DNA of 64,000 nt from Bilabrum cf. latius (lineage: Eukaryota). The stretch spans positions 1,364,001 through 1,428,000 of the forward strand of contig OZ237741.1 of the NCBI GenBank assembly GCA_965178125.1, in the 5' to 3' direction. Positions 51,142-64,000 of the stretch are shown piece by piece. Numbering within the stretch: position 1 is the first letter of the stretch; each line of letters starts with the position of its first letter. The position numbers were made by a program, and so were the translations under genes. Under the pieces are notes generated by a model. It saw only the letters and a list, made by a program, of their open reading frames with translations. It ran no database searches and was not told where the DNA came from.

Positions 51142-54100
51142 ATGGTGACCGTCAAGGCGAAAGCAGTGGCAGTCCGAGGGATTTTCCTCGTAACGGTAGT
51201 TGCGATCGTGTTAGCCGCACCCATCGCACGGGCCTAGATCAGCGAGCTTTCGTGCTCCGCTACATTCGAAGATCTTGCGGTACCGACCATTGGGAGCGAA
51301 GTTGAGGTTCGTTGCCCCGGAGAGTGCCCCGCGGCCGAAGCGGATACCCTGGGTGGGTGTGGCCCTGTCTACAGCCAGGGTCCCGTTTGCTCCGGAGCTG
51401 CCCTCCAACTGTTTGGAAGCGCGTTCATGCGCCTTCGAAGATCATTTTTAATCCGCCGAGTTGACTTGTCAGGGCAGCTGGAAGGCTGCACAGCGCACAG
51501 TGTGCAGAGCTCCTCGGACACTTCACCATCTCAGGCGTTTGAGATCGTGGACGTCGAACGAAGTAAGCAAGGTTGTCAGATAAAATCGTAATTCCGTTTT
51601 ATTCGGCCTTGGATCGCCTAAAGCGCGGTTCACTGACAAAAGCCAAACCCGCGAATTCGCATGGATATTGATCGCGTTCTTGCTCTATCTTGGGGACTCT
51701 ACATTCCATCCCTTACTGTCGACTTCGCAGTCACGATTTTGAACTGTGATGCACGTATGAATCAGACCGAGCTTAGTTCCAGCAACCCAGCCGGATCGAG
51801 CCAGGCCTACGTGTGTCCCGCTAGCTGCCCGGCGAGCATCACCCCCGTGGTAGAGGGCTGCAGCACCTACTCGGATCGATCCTCTGTGTGCGCCGCTGCG
51901 GCGCATGATTTTGGTGGATTTGGCAGCTCGGGCGCTTTCGTGGCCACCACGCGGGCTGGACTCCCGTCCTACGGGGGTTAGTGCTCGAGGAACGGCGTAT
52001 CACCTCAGGAGGGCATTGCCAGTGCCCTAGCCTTTGAGCTGGACAACGCGTGGACGCTGCCTGCGCGCGTACCGTCCGTGGACGTGCAACGCATCTCGGG
52101 AGAGGAGAGCAAGGTCCGTGTGAGCGCCCGAGTGCCCTCCTCGGGTGCAGCCGTGTCCTACATGCAGATCGAGGCCGAGCCCCTCTGCTTCCAGGACGAA
52201 TTCGAGGGGGCCACAGCCGACTTACAGGACAGGCACTGGACCTGGCACGCCCCGGCATGCCAGACAAACGCGCAGACATCCGGCAGCCGCTGTTTTCATT
52301 CCACCTCGCGCGCCTCGGGGGTGCTCACCATCAAGGCGGGGCCGGGGCTGCAAGTCTACCACAACGACGACTTCGCACGACGCCGAGGCAACGCACCCAT
52401 GCTCAAGAGACCGGAGGCATTTGAGCACTGGCACGACTGGAGCGTGGAGACGTACATCGATCCGACTAGTGGCAACGACGGTGGGCGGGTGGTGTCCAAC
52501 ATATGGGGCGGCATCATGATCCTGGACGCCGAGAGGAACGACGCACCCATCATCACATGCTTCATCGCGGTCTGGAGGAACAACGGCATCCGCGCGTGTA
52601 GGATCATGAATTCCCAAGCATCGTCTATCGCCACCGGTCCCGTCCCTACGAATCGCCGAGGATGGATCCGTATATACTATAGCGCTGCCGCCCAGCGCTT
52701 CTCCTTCCAGTCTAAGGCTTCCATTAACGCGGACTGGGCCGAGTTTGGGACCCGTAATGCCGAATCTGCTGGTAACAACGGGCGTATCAACCGGTATCGT
52801 CCGGCGCTGTTCGTGAGAAACTGGAACGGGGGCACTCTTGCCTCTGCTAACACCGTGTACGTGCGCTTCGACCATTTCAGGACCCATGTGGCAGGTGCGT
52901 GTGGGGAAGAAGGCGTCAAGAATACGCTTGTGCACGTCCTGCCCGTCCCCCCTGGCACCCAGCCTGGCGCTTTGCTGCAGATGGACGTAACTGCCCCCGA
53001 GCGGGTACCCCACACATACCGAGTGGCAGCAGTGGGCGAGGTGGGCGTGGCAGGGCCGCTGTCCGAGATACCCACTGCTGGTGATGCGCCTAGCCGCCAG
53101 ATTGGCTTTCCCCTCAGCTAGGCCGCCATTTCGAACCGAGGCCTCCGGTTTTGGTGGGACTTCACGAGGTTCAGGGGCCGCCTTACGGACGGTATCGGCA
53201 GCCCTGGTCTTCGACGGATTCAAAACGAGTTTGGCACCACGCACGCCTACCAAGGCGACCCAAACCGACGGCCAAAGCTGCGTACGGGGCTGCTCGGGCC
53301 CAACGCGGGCATCGTGACCACGAGTAGCGCGCAATTTCTCATCTCTGCACATCAGGACAACACCGTCATCAACGGACCCAGGAATACGTTCTTTTTGATT
53401 GCTCGGTTCCGCAACCCAGGGGCCTGGACATGGATCTTTTCCAAAGGGAACGGAGCGGGTGCTGGTGACCAGGCGTACGGAGCCCTTCTCGGGGCGGGAT
53501 AGCATTACGCGTTCAGGTTCTCCGGGAGGAGGGCTCCTCAGTACGGGCTAACCTCCAATGACGGAACCATCCGCCAAACGTCTTTCTCCAACAATCAGAT
53601 GGTGGCTCTCATCGAGTACAGGACCGATTATTCGTTCTGCATCCACTGCCGCTCAATGTGGATGCGTCTAAACGAGCGCGGTGCGAGCATTGCTGACGGA
53701 TTTGGTGCATCCCCCATCTTTCCTGGCGGCCCACGCAACAGCTACAAAGCCATGCAGCACATCAGCGGGCCCATGTCACCCGCTGGACGATTCTTCAACG
53801 TGCAGCCGACCAACACGGACCCGTTCCATTTCCTCGCCAATGAAGCGGGGCAGGCCACGCCCCAGGCCGAGGTGCTCGAGTTCATTCACTTTAAGGGCGG
53901 GAACGCAAACGTGTGGGGGGCGGATTACACTGCAATGAAGCAGTACTTTGACGACAAATACGGGCGTCCTTCCCGCTGCAGCGTCCCAGAGCTGATGCTG
54001 GCGAGCAACTGGTCCTCACATGCGTCCTGGTCCGACTGCAGCTCGCGCACCAACCCTGAAGGTGGGTAGCGATGCCCGATGCGCTGCGTTCGCGAAGATC

Positions 54101-57100
54101 ACACCATCATCGCAGGTACTCCCGACGCTTTGCGCTGCGAATTCGGGGGCTGGATGGGGTCCATGCCGTTCTGTGGCCCAACCTGCCCGGCCCTGTCGAG
54201 AGGCCAGTCGAACGCAGCTACATGCACCGAGGACCTGTGGCACGATGATTTCGTCCTTCACTTTAGGCAAGGGGCTACCAATCCGGCTGCCATCGCTGCA
54301 CGCGGTGCGGCTGCCTTCGAGGGGTACCGCGTACTCCCCCACATGCCAGACGATTTCCGCAGGCAGCTGGCTACCCTCGGTTCTGATGCCAACGAGACGG
54401 AGCCGCACCATCGGGAGTTTCTTGAGCTGAACGGAGCTCAGAGAGTCGCGCAGCATGGCCTCAAGGAACTTGCCGAAGACGTGATCTTGACCCCGTTGTA
54501 GCCGCAGTACACCGGTCGCACCACGGGAACTGAGCCCATCCGTGTAGAGGCCGAGATGCGAGTGGTGAGCGGGCACGGGGGTGTGGTGTGGCACTTACAG
54601 GACGGGGGTTTCTCGGACGAGATGCTGGCGGGCAGCTACTAGAACTACTACCGATTCAAGTTCTCGTCTGCTGCGCGCTCTGGGCTTGCCGTGCACTCGA
54701 TCGAGAGGGTGAGCAGACCCACGCAGCGGGACAGGTTTCCTACAACTCGCGTGCTGGCCTCCACCTCGGGGGTCCTGGACAATCCGGGTGGCTGGCACCA
54801 TGTGCAGGTGATTTTGTCTTACGGCATGGCCGAGTCCGGGGGTCCGGGTTCGATCCGCATGGAGGCCTTCATCGACGGGAGGCACATCCTGACCGCTGAC
54901 GAGGGGCCGGCAGCCAACCCGCTCCCGTCCACTGCAAGCACAGGCGTAGCTGCCAGCCAGGGCAACGTGAGAGTGCGCTCCTTCACGGTGGCAAGGGAGT
55001 GCCCCGAGGGGGGCATCATCAACGACGCCCCGCGAGGAGAGAGGGTCCGCATGAGCTGCGCGCCCGGCTTTTCCGGTGTGGGCTCCGCCGCGCGAACTTG
55101 CAATGTGTACGGTGAGTGGACAGGAGAGCCGTTTGTGTGCCGGACGGATCCACCCGTGTTCGGCAACACCACCCGATACGTGGACGAGCACAGTCCTGTT
55201 GAAACGCTGGTTGGCCCGCCGCTCGAGGCACGGTCGCCCCTTCCCGTGACGTACGAGCTGTTCGAGCCTGGCAATGACAACGCGTTCGGGATCGATCCGT
55301 GCACCGGTCAGATCTACGTGCGGAACAACGTGCTTGACTTCGAGCGGACGCCCTCGTACCGGCTCCGGATCTTGGCAAAGGCGAATAATGACGCCTTTGC
55401 CGTGAGCGAAGGCTTCGTGACGGTGCGGCTGAACAACATCAACGACCCTCCAAGGTTTCCCGGGGGGTAGACGCTGGTGCTAGAGGAGAACGCACCGGCT
55501 GGCACCTTGTCCAACTAGGCAGTGGTTGCGACAGACGATGAGGGCAGCCCCCTGCTATTCAACGTGACCGTAGTGGGTTCCCTTGGCTCTGACGCCGCCC
55601 TCGGGCCTCTACTGGGAATGCAGCGAGTGAACGATACCGCCGCCCAGCTGCAGGTGCTCCGAGAAGACGCGCTAGGTCTGCTGGACTTCGAGTCGAGGGA
55701 GACGATCCTTCTCATTGTGCGAGCTTACGACGCCCAGGACCACTCTTTGTTCAGCGATGGACTTGTCACGCTCTATCTGCTCGATGGTGCCGATCCGCCG
55801 AGGATCTTGCCGTCCCAGTTTATCACGATCGACGAGGACACCCTGCAGGCGGGGCCCTTCCCGCTGGCTCTGTCTACCGCGGTGCAGGTATACGATGAAG
55901 ACGCGCAGAGCTCCGGGGGCACCTCTGGCTCAGGTACTAACACGACATCCGGTGGAGCTGGCGGTCAGACTGTGGGAAGCGTGCGCCTGTTCTTTGACCA
56001 GGGCACTGCCGCTGCTTCCACGTTTGGTGGGTTGTACACCGATGGAACCACCAGGCTGCAAGGCCCGTCGGTCTTCAGTCTCAACAGCTCCTCCTACCTC
56101 ATCTCGTTCACGCAAGCACCGGTGATCAGCAGCAATGACGAGGTCTTAGTCCGCGACGACAGCACGGACACCACGTACATCGCCCGCGGGGCCTACAACC
56201 TCCAGCTGCGTGCCAGGGACGGGGACGGTTTGGACTCCAGCCCGCGCAATATCACGGTGCTTGTGACGGTAAACACGACGGGTGTGGGCGGTGCGTCGGT
56301 GGATCGCGTTGACGCAGATGGGCCCGAAGGCTTGCTGGCGACGGATGGCTCGAGCACTATCGTGATCAGCGGCGTGGGCTTGGAGAGCATAACTGGGTCC
56401 ATCGCCGTGGCGTATGGTCCGTACACAGCCACGAGCTGCGCCACCGTGCGAGAAGCCGTGCCTGATTCCGAGGACATTGTCTCGATCCAGTGCCAGTCGG
56501 TGCCAGGCCACGGAAAGGATCACCGCCTGCACATCGTGGCGGAGGGCCGGGTACTCCGTGCCCCCTCGCTGCTGCTGCTGAGCTACCAGCCCCCTGCCCT
56601 GGATGGTGTGACCGGCGTCAGGGCGAACGACACGCTGGGCGTGGGCGGGCTGGATGTGTCCCGGTTGCTTACCGCGGGTGGACAGGCTGTCTTCTTGCAA
56701 GGCTCGGGATTTTCCAGCAACTCCACTGCTGTTCGTGCCTTTTATGGCCCGCAGAACCCAGCCTGGATCGATCCAGAAGGTGACGAGGTCGATCGAGAGG
56801 ACGAGTCGTTCGACGCCACGGACCCAGTCCAGAACCCCAGGTACCTCTACGAAACGCTCGAGGCAGACATCGTGTCGGTGTCTGACACCGAGATTGCCGT
56901 GCGCACCGCTGCCGGGATTGGAACCAATCTTGGCTGGAAGGTAGTTGTGGATGGTCAGGTGGCGTACGGCTCCGAGCAGGCTGAAGTCGGCTACGGGTTA
57001 GCTATCGTAACGAGTCTTGAGCCTACCTCGAATCTGGCAGCCTCTCGCTTTGAGCTGCCGACGCGCGGAAGTGCCGGAGTCTCTAGTCGCCGCCTCAATG

Positions 57101-60100
57101 TCCTCGGTCACAACTTCGGTCCAGTGTCGTGGCTGGGCCAGGACGTGCAGGTTCAGATTCGCTACGGGCCGACGCCCGACGGCAAGCTTTACCAGGCCCC
57201 TTGCAGCAAGCCCTCGGCTTCTGGCAACTAGCCGCATATGGAGGTGTCGTGCGCGGTGGCAGAGGGTGTGGGCACCAACTTGACAGTTGCGGTTGGTATT
57301 AACGGCCGCTGGTCTGTGCCAGAGATGGGCAGCGATCTCCTCGTGCTCGGGGCCACGATTCCAGACGACGGCAGCGCGTCGCCTCCTGCACCGCTGCAGC
57401 ATGAGGCGCTGCAGATCGCCCTAGAGGATTCCTTGGCAGCTGCTGATGGCGTCGGTGCTGTCTCTGCAGACGCCGCCTCCCTCGGCTACAGGCCCCCGAG
57501 CGTGTCTGCTGTTGAAGGGGAGAGCATCCAGGAAGCCGTGACGCCCGGTGGCCAGATCTTTCGCGTGCTCGGCCAGGACTTTGGCCCTCCCGACACATCA
57601 GGGCAATCAGTAGACTGGGTGCGTTATGGCGGGGGAGGCCTCGCAGCGGGCGAAGCGTATGCTGCCGGAGGTCGTCTCGCAGGCATGGGCGGCATGGTGC
57701 GTGGAGACGGGGGCGCGCTCTCTGGTGCTCTGCAGTCCATGGACTGGTTTGCCGCGCAAGACTGTGAAGTCCGTTCCCACGAAGAGCTCAGGTGCTAGAC
57801 CTCGGAGGGCACCGGCAGAGACCATGCCCTGGCGGTGAGCGTCGGCGGGTAGGCCTCAAGCGTGCTTGGACAGCCTGTGATCTCGTACCAGCCGCCATCC
57901 GTCGCTGCATTTGAGGGACCGGGGGCAGAGGACGCGGCTACGGTCGGGAGTGAGACTGTCATTATCCGAGGGCGTAACCTAGGCCCATCTTCTCGGTTCG
58001 CAGCCGTCGCGAGGCTGTTCTACGAAGTCGAAATCAGCGAGGACGGTCAGGGCGGCGGCGCTAGGCGCACGATTCTGTTCGAGGCAGAGTCTTGCAGCAT
58101 GACTACAGGAGCCGAAGAGCACGTGGCCGTGACTTGTCAGACGGCCGAAGGAGCGGGTGAGGCTCTGGAGTGGATTGTCAGCGTGGATGGACAGAACAGC
58201 TCCTACCCGGTGACTAGCTACCAGCAGCCGTCCATTGCCAGCGTCGGCGCCGTTAGTGACATGTCTGCCATCGAGAGCGCGCCGACTGATGGTGGAACCA
58301 GAGTTCGCATACTGGGCAGCAACTTTGGGCCAGCGACCCTCTCGTTTATGCTGCAGCGGGTCATATACGGTACGCGCGAAGCAATCGCGCGAGACCTTGG
58401 CGATTCATCCCAGTCGGGTGGAAGCAGTGCCGGTGCCGGGGACAGTTTCCCTGGGTACGTGTACGAGGCCACGAACATTGAGCTGGTTTCTCACTCCGAA
58501 ATACGGGCTACTATGGTGCCCGGCGTAGGTAGGGATCTGGTGTTTGTCGTCACGGTGGCAGACCAATCGTCCCTGCCCTCTGAAGTAGGCGTGGGCTCGG
58601 TGTCGTATGCCCGCCCCACCGTCGAGTCGATCACTCCAGCTTCGTGGTTCCCCAACACAATCGCTGACCCCACGGCAGTCACGGTGGTAGGGCGAGATTT
58701 TGGCCTACTCCATGCGGCCTCCGATGTGGCCGTGTCCTTTGGCAACCCGGCCGACTACTCATCCCAGGGTGCTCTCATCTAGCCACGGTCCACGCGGATT
58801 CTGCAGGACGGCAGGCACCAGGTCGTCTTTGATCTCCCGGCAAGTCACGGTCTGGACCGCGCGGTGAGGATCGCAGCTTACCCCCGAGGCGTAGCCCTGG
58901 ATCGAGCAGCCGACGTGGCTGTGTTTAGTGACCCCATCGTGGATGGCCCATCTTCGTTGTTCGACTACTACGACCCGGTGCTGGACTACCTGGCGCTCAA
59001 CTCCCCCTCTCGACCCGAGGAGATTAGCTTCATCGCAAACACGTCGTCCCTTGGCTGTCCCGAGCCATCTGGCATCAACGCGTACTGCGGCCTTCGGATC
59101 CTCAGTCTATTTGGCCGAAACATGGGTACGTTTGAGCCACCGATCGCGCCGAGCATTTTCCTGTCCTTCCGTGATTTCCCGACAATTGCCATGCCAGACC
59201 AGGACCGGCTCGTGGTGCTCTCTTGGAAGGACGATGAGATTGTCTTGCTCACCAAGGCAGCCGAGGGGGGCGTGCAGGTCCAGATCAACTCGATGGGGTA
59301 CCAGGACCCGCAGGACGCTGGGACTGGACCAGCACCCCTTATGCAGCGCAGCGCCAGGTTGATCTTCTAGTCTGTAGCTCCCGACATTTCTGAGCTAAAC
59401 GGCCCCTCCGAGGTCCCCACCGTGGGAGGCGAGGACATCACCATGGAGGTGGAGAACCTCAACGTGGGGCAGCGGGTGGCGGTACTGGTGGGCACTGGTG
59501 GCAGGGAGAGAGTGTGTCGGCTGTACAGCTCCAACGGTGCATCACTGTTCAATGGAGAAGCAGATGGCGGCGTGGATGACCCCGCCACTGCTGCACTGGC
59601 GACGTCCACGGCGCAGACAACGCTGAGGTGCCAGCTTCCGGAGGGCGAGGGCTCCGCGGTGCCTGTGACTGTCTAGACGTGGACAGGGACCGACTGGAAG
59701 CGGTCCCGTGTCGGCGGAACGATTCGCTACAGCAGCCCGACAATTTTGCGAGCCTAGCTGCTCGGTGGGCCCGCTTCCGGGCTGGGGACTGCAGGAGCAG
59801 CACAGGACCCGACCCGCCCGCTGGCGTCCGAGAGCGGTGTACCCGGGGCTGGCTTGCCCACCGTGGGGGGCGTACTGAGAGTAGTAGGCGAGAACCTGGG
59901 ATTGTGTCCTACCATCCTGTTCGGCGCACACGACCCAATCCGATCATGCGATGGAAATGGCCTCCCGTTCAGTCCGCCATCCTCGCTGTCACAGCCTGGC
60001 ATACTCTCTAGGAGCCACAGTTTCATTGAGGTTCGCTTGCCGGCAGGTCATGGGGCTATGCTCAGGCTAGATGTTGACGTGGCCGGTCAGCTCCCGAGTG

Positions 60101-63100
60101 CCAATGGTGCAGGCGCTCGATTTCTTCGAGCCTCCTACGACCAAGCCACGATCCAGGACATTGGTCCTAAGCTCGCGAGCGATGGTATGCCAACCAGCGG
60201 TGGTTCTAGGATTAAATTGATCGGTCGAAACCTTGGAGCACCCGACGGCAGCGGCGGATTCGCCGGCGGGCCGCTCGTGGTGCTGGATGTTTCTGGAGGT
60301 AGTGCCAATGCCTCCTCTTCGAACGGAACCAGCGTCTCAGGCAACAACCCCCCTGCGTTGGTGGCACCAGACGGAGGGCCCCTGTACCGTGATCGCGTGG
60401 TGGAAATGAGGTCGCTGTCAGGGACAGGGGCAGCTTGGATCAGCTGCGGGGCCGTGCTCTGGGTTTCCCACGAGGAGCTCGAGTGCGTCCTCCCGGAGGG
60501 TATGGGCAAGACGGTCGATGTTCGCATCCGAGTTGGCAACGCCCCTCCTGTTGTAGTGCGAGGCGCTGCATCGTACGACCCTCCTGTTGTCAGCTCCATG
60601 GCCGTGTACCAGCCCATCCCGGGGATGGCTGCGGCGCAGATGGGCAGGGCTGGGCTACTGAGCGCGGGCGGGCCCGAGACGGTGGCATCTCCAGGAGGAG
60701 AACCACTGCAGGGCAACACAACGGGGGGCTACGTCGTGCAACTGCTCGGCGAGAACTTTGGCCGGCCCTTTGGCGCGTCAGCCGGGTCGCCGTCCCTTTG
60801 CGTGTTTCTTGCCCACGTGTACCGAGCTAGACCAGACAGCATGCCCTCGTGCGACAACCGGGAGTCGTTCCTCGGGGAGGGCGAGATCGAGGCTGCCTCG
60901 ATCTTGCACTGGTGGCATGATGAGGTCATGTTCATCGTGCCAATCGGGGCTGGCACTCGCGAGATTCGCCTGTTTGTCGCTGGCAACCTGCTGGCCGCGG
61001 ACAGGGCCGTGCTGGCCAACACCACCGCTTCGCCTGCCACCCCTGCTGTGCCATCCATGCCCGGCTTCTCGTACCGGGCCCCATGGATCGAGCCGGGCGG
61101 CTTGCGGCCGGACCGAGGGTCCACAGATGGCGGTGACTTAGTGACTGTGTTCGCACGGAACCTGCCGCCTCCCCTGCTGGAGGGTGCAGAGGCGCAGGCC
61201 GCGGCGGATGCGCTGGCTTCCGGCATGGGCGTTCCGATTTCGCTGGCGCCGTTCCTGCCAGTGGCTTGGCTGCGAGTGGATTTCTGGAAGGACTGCATCA
61301 CGAACGCAAGGACGATCGACGGGTTGTTCCCCAACGACCCACGGGTGTCCAGCTGCTACCCCCGGAGAGACGATCGCATCGACATCCGGCAGCAAGATAT
61401 GGAGTCGATCGTGTTCAACTCGGCGCCTGGCGTCGGGAAGGACCGCCACATCTATCTCACGATTGTCGAGGGCAACATGGGAGCAAACACGAGCAGTGTG
61501 AACTCTGCCCAATGGAACTACGATCCTCCTCAGATTGATGGTGCCGACCCCTCCGGTCTAGAAGTAACGGGCAATGTCGTGGATGAGATCGACCTTGTGG
61601 CTACCATGCAGGATGAGTACCAGGCAAAGTTCGTGGGTCGCAACTTCGGTTATGATGCTGACGCAGACCGACAACGCTGGACGCCGGAAGAGCGGCGGCT
61701 CGTGCTGCGTATCGGAGGGCAGGAGTGCCTGCCAAACACCACTATCCGCGCCCGTGAAACCATCCGCAGAGGGGATGGTGTCGTCGGCTTCCGGCCCACC
61801 GTGTCGTGCGTCATACCCGAGCTCTCGGTAGGGTACAAATCGATCGAAGTCGAAGCAGCGGGCTAGAACGGCACTTCCGAGGATATCCTCCTGTTCGCGT
61901 GCGACGGAGGCTTCTTCGGGGATGCCACTGAGCTTTGCCTACCATGCCCCATGGGTGCTGACTGCTTCGGGCACCTGAGACTGGTGCCACAGCTGCATGA
62001 TGATCTGATTCAGCAGCGCAACATCGAAATTCAGTAGCTGCGCGAAGCTATTGTGCAGCTTCAGGCGGACGCAGAGGGGACCACCTTAGACTCGTCTCGT
62101 CGCGCACTGCAGGACGCCGGCGGCGGATCCGACGAGCGGGACAGTGGCGAGCTGCGGTCGCCTGCCAATGCGAGAAGCCTGGGTGCGTCTCTTGACCACC
62201 CGAGGTACTTGACGGTCGACATCGACCTGGACGACGGCCCCTGGCAGCCGAAGTACTCTACCGTGCTGTTCCACCGCCCTAGGCCGCAGCCTGGTTGGTT
62301 CAACCTGAACGACACGGAGCAGCTGTCCGAATGCCCCGAGCTTTTCCGCATCGAAGATCGTGCGTAGTGCGTCGTGCCTTGTGACCCTATATGGGCGTGT
62401 ACCGGGGACAACTTCTGCGCCACAGGCTACAGAAGCGTCGGTCCCGAGTGGAGATGCAACGCCTGCGACGAGGGCTACTACCGCCGGGCTGGGGAATGCG
62501 TAGAGTGCCCCGACAATCCGTGGATCCTGATCGCAGTATTCATCATCATCATGATCTGTGGCGTGGGGTTCGTTTACTTTCTGGCCAAGTACAACATCAA
62601 CCTGGTTCTGACCACACTGGGAATGGACTTTTTCCAGGTACTCGCTTTATTCGCCCAGTCACGGGTTCCCTGGCCCCCTGTGCTGGAGGAGATCCTGCAC
62701 GTGCTGTCCGCGTTCAACCTCAACATTGAGATCACCGCACCCGAGTGCACGGTGCCCGACCTCAGCTACATGTCCAAGTGGGTGTTCATCATGATGCTGC
62801 CCGTAGCCGGTCTCGTGTGCCTCTCGCTCGTGTACTTCAGCGTGTCCGTGTACGAGCACTGCATCAAGGGCAAGACCAGGACCGAGGCATGGTACGGTCA
62901 GCACCTGAACAGGTGCATCTCCATGTTCCTCGTTGGCGGGTACATCTTGTATCTCATCCTCTCCAGGACGTCCTTTGACGTGCTCAACTGCTAGGTGAGG
63001 CGCTTGAGTTTGCTGCTGCCTGTTGCTTTGACCACTTTGTGCTTGCCTGTGTACCGTGACTCTATCGCGTCGTTCGAAATTCCCGTATCTCGCAGCCGAC

Positions 63101-64000
63101 GACCCCTCCAGATGGCCGCCTGTACCTCCAGGTTGTGTTCGAGCCGTGCAGCAAGCCCGGCGGGGTGCATCGCACGCTTCTTGGCCCCGCCATTATCACC
63201 ATGCTGGTGTACGGCTTGGGGTTCCCCGCGATCGTGTTCTACGTGCTGTACACCAACCATGACCTCATCATGGAGGACCAGCTGCTGCGTGCCATGAGGA
63301 TGGGCGAGGACACTGTGACAAACCCTCACGCGCACACGATTCGCAGGAGGTACTCTAAGATGTACTTCGCATTCAAGCCCATCGGTTACCGCATCTACTG
63401 GATGCTGGCGCTGATTGCTCGCAAGTTCTTCTTCGCGCTGACGTCACTGCTGTTCGTGCGCAACGCGGTGATGCAGCTGTCCATGTCTCTCCTCGTGATG
63501 TTCGCCGCCTTCGCGGCTCAGACGAGGTTCCACCCTTTCATGTCACCGGACGAGATGGAGGACACGCTTAGGCAGCACAAGCGGCTGTCATTCGACCCCA
63601 GCTCGCCCCACTCCAAGCTGGCAGCAACCATCAAGTCGGTGGTGCAGAAGGGCAGGAAGCGGGCCACGTACGGACAGGGCTTCCAGAGGCTGACCGAGTC
63701 ACCCAACCTGCTCGTGCAGTTCGGTGGCACAGTGATGGGGGCCGCCATTAACTACAACACCATCGAGTCCGTGCTGCTAGGATCTGCCGTGCTGGTCAAC
63801 CTGAGCGGCATTATGTTCAGCTCGGGCCAGCTTAACACGGACGAGACGGGTGAGTACTATGCTGGGTACAGGGACACTCTCATCGCGCTGACTCTGGTGA
63901 TTATTTTCGGCACACTGATCTACTTCTTTGCGGTGTTTGCGTACGACATCTACACGCTCTGTGCGTCGGCCCAGGAGGCAGAGGCAGGGGCCGGGAAGAG
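51142..64000 (+). CDS. Giant (>4100 aa) cell-surface multi-pass protein: signal peptide, 2 LCCL, lectin/LamG-like regions, Sushi/CCP, cadherin-like, many IPT/TIG-like repeats, Cys-rich region, multiple TM helices; 3'-truncated by window edge
   Basis: Exon 1 51142-51562 (hydrophobic signal ending ARA), intron 51563-51730, exon 2 51731-62994, intron 62995-63095. LCCL 'GCSTYSDRSSVCAAAAH'; Sushi 'CAPGF...RTCNVYGEWTGEPFVC'; cadherin 'FGIDPCTGQIYV..LDFE...NINDPPRF'; repeated 'GG..V.I.G.NFG'; TM segments from about 62520. Twenty in-frame TAGs and no TAA or TGA. Confidence 0.85.

Noticed and set aside
51661-51730. ATG 51661 as the start of the giant gene (as in the ORF track)
   Set aside because: It falls inside the predicted intron 51563-51730. 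The upstream exon supplies a proper signal peptide and first LCCL-like domain in the correct phase.

Overview
This is gene-dense, GC-rich eukaryotic nuclear DNA with short GT-AG spliceosomal introns. It comes from a flagellated protist: it carries RSPH14- and CFAP77-like axonemal genes, and a heterotrophic stramenopile such as a bicosoecid is only my guess. I count 23 protein-coding genes and saw no rRNA, tRNA, CRISPR or clear transposon. The main result is a non-standard genetic code. About 90 in-frame TAG codons (manual count) sit inside 19 of the 23 genes, and the fragmented ORFs in the supplied track join into long, intact, same-frame genes once TAG is read as an amino acid. TAG falls on conserved Gln positions (biotin ligase QTAGRGR, TatD QxxVFxxQI, internal 'GQ'/'CQ' repeats), so UAG = Gln. 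I found no in-frame TAA or TGA. Reconstructed genes end in TGA (21) or TAA (1), so UAG appears uncoupled from UAA. Other points of interest: a >4,100-aa LCCL/Sushi/cadherin/IPT multi-pass surface protein, a BTB-Tubby fusion, a probably inactive TTL-like protein with a WW domain, a mitochondrial-type presequence on glutathione reductase that appears only under the new code, many compact head-to-head gene pairs, and a small pseudoknot-like intergenic element. All gene models were translated by hand and family calls rest on motif recognition, not database searches.
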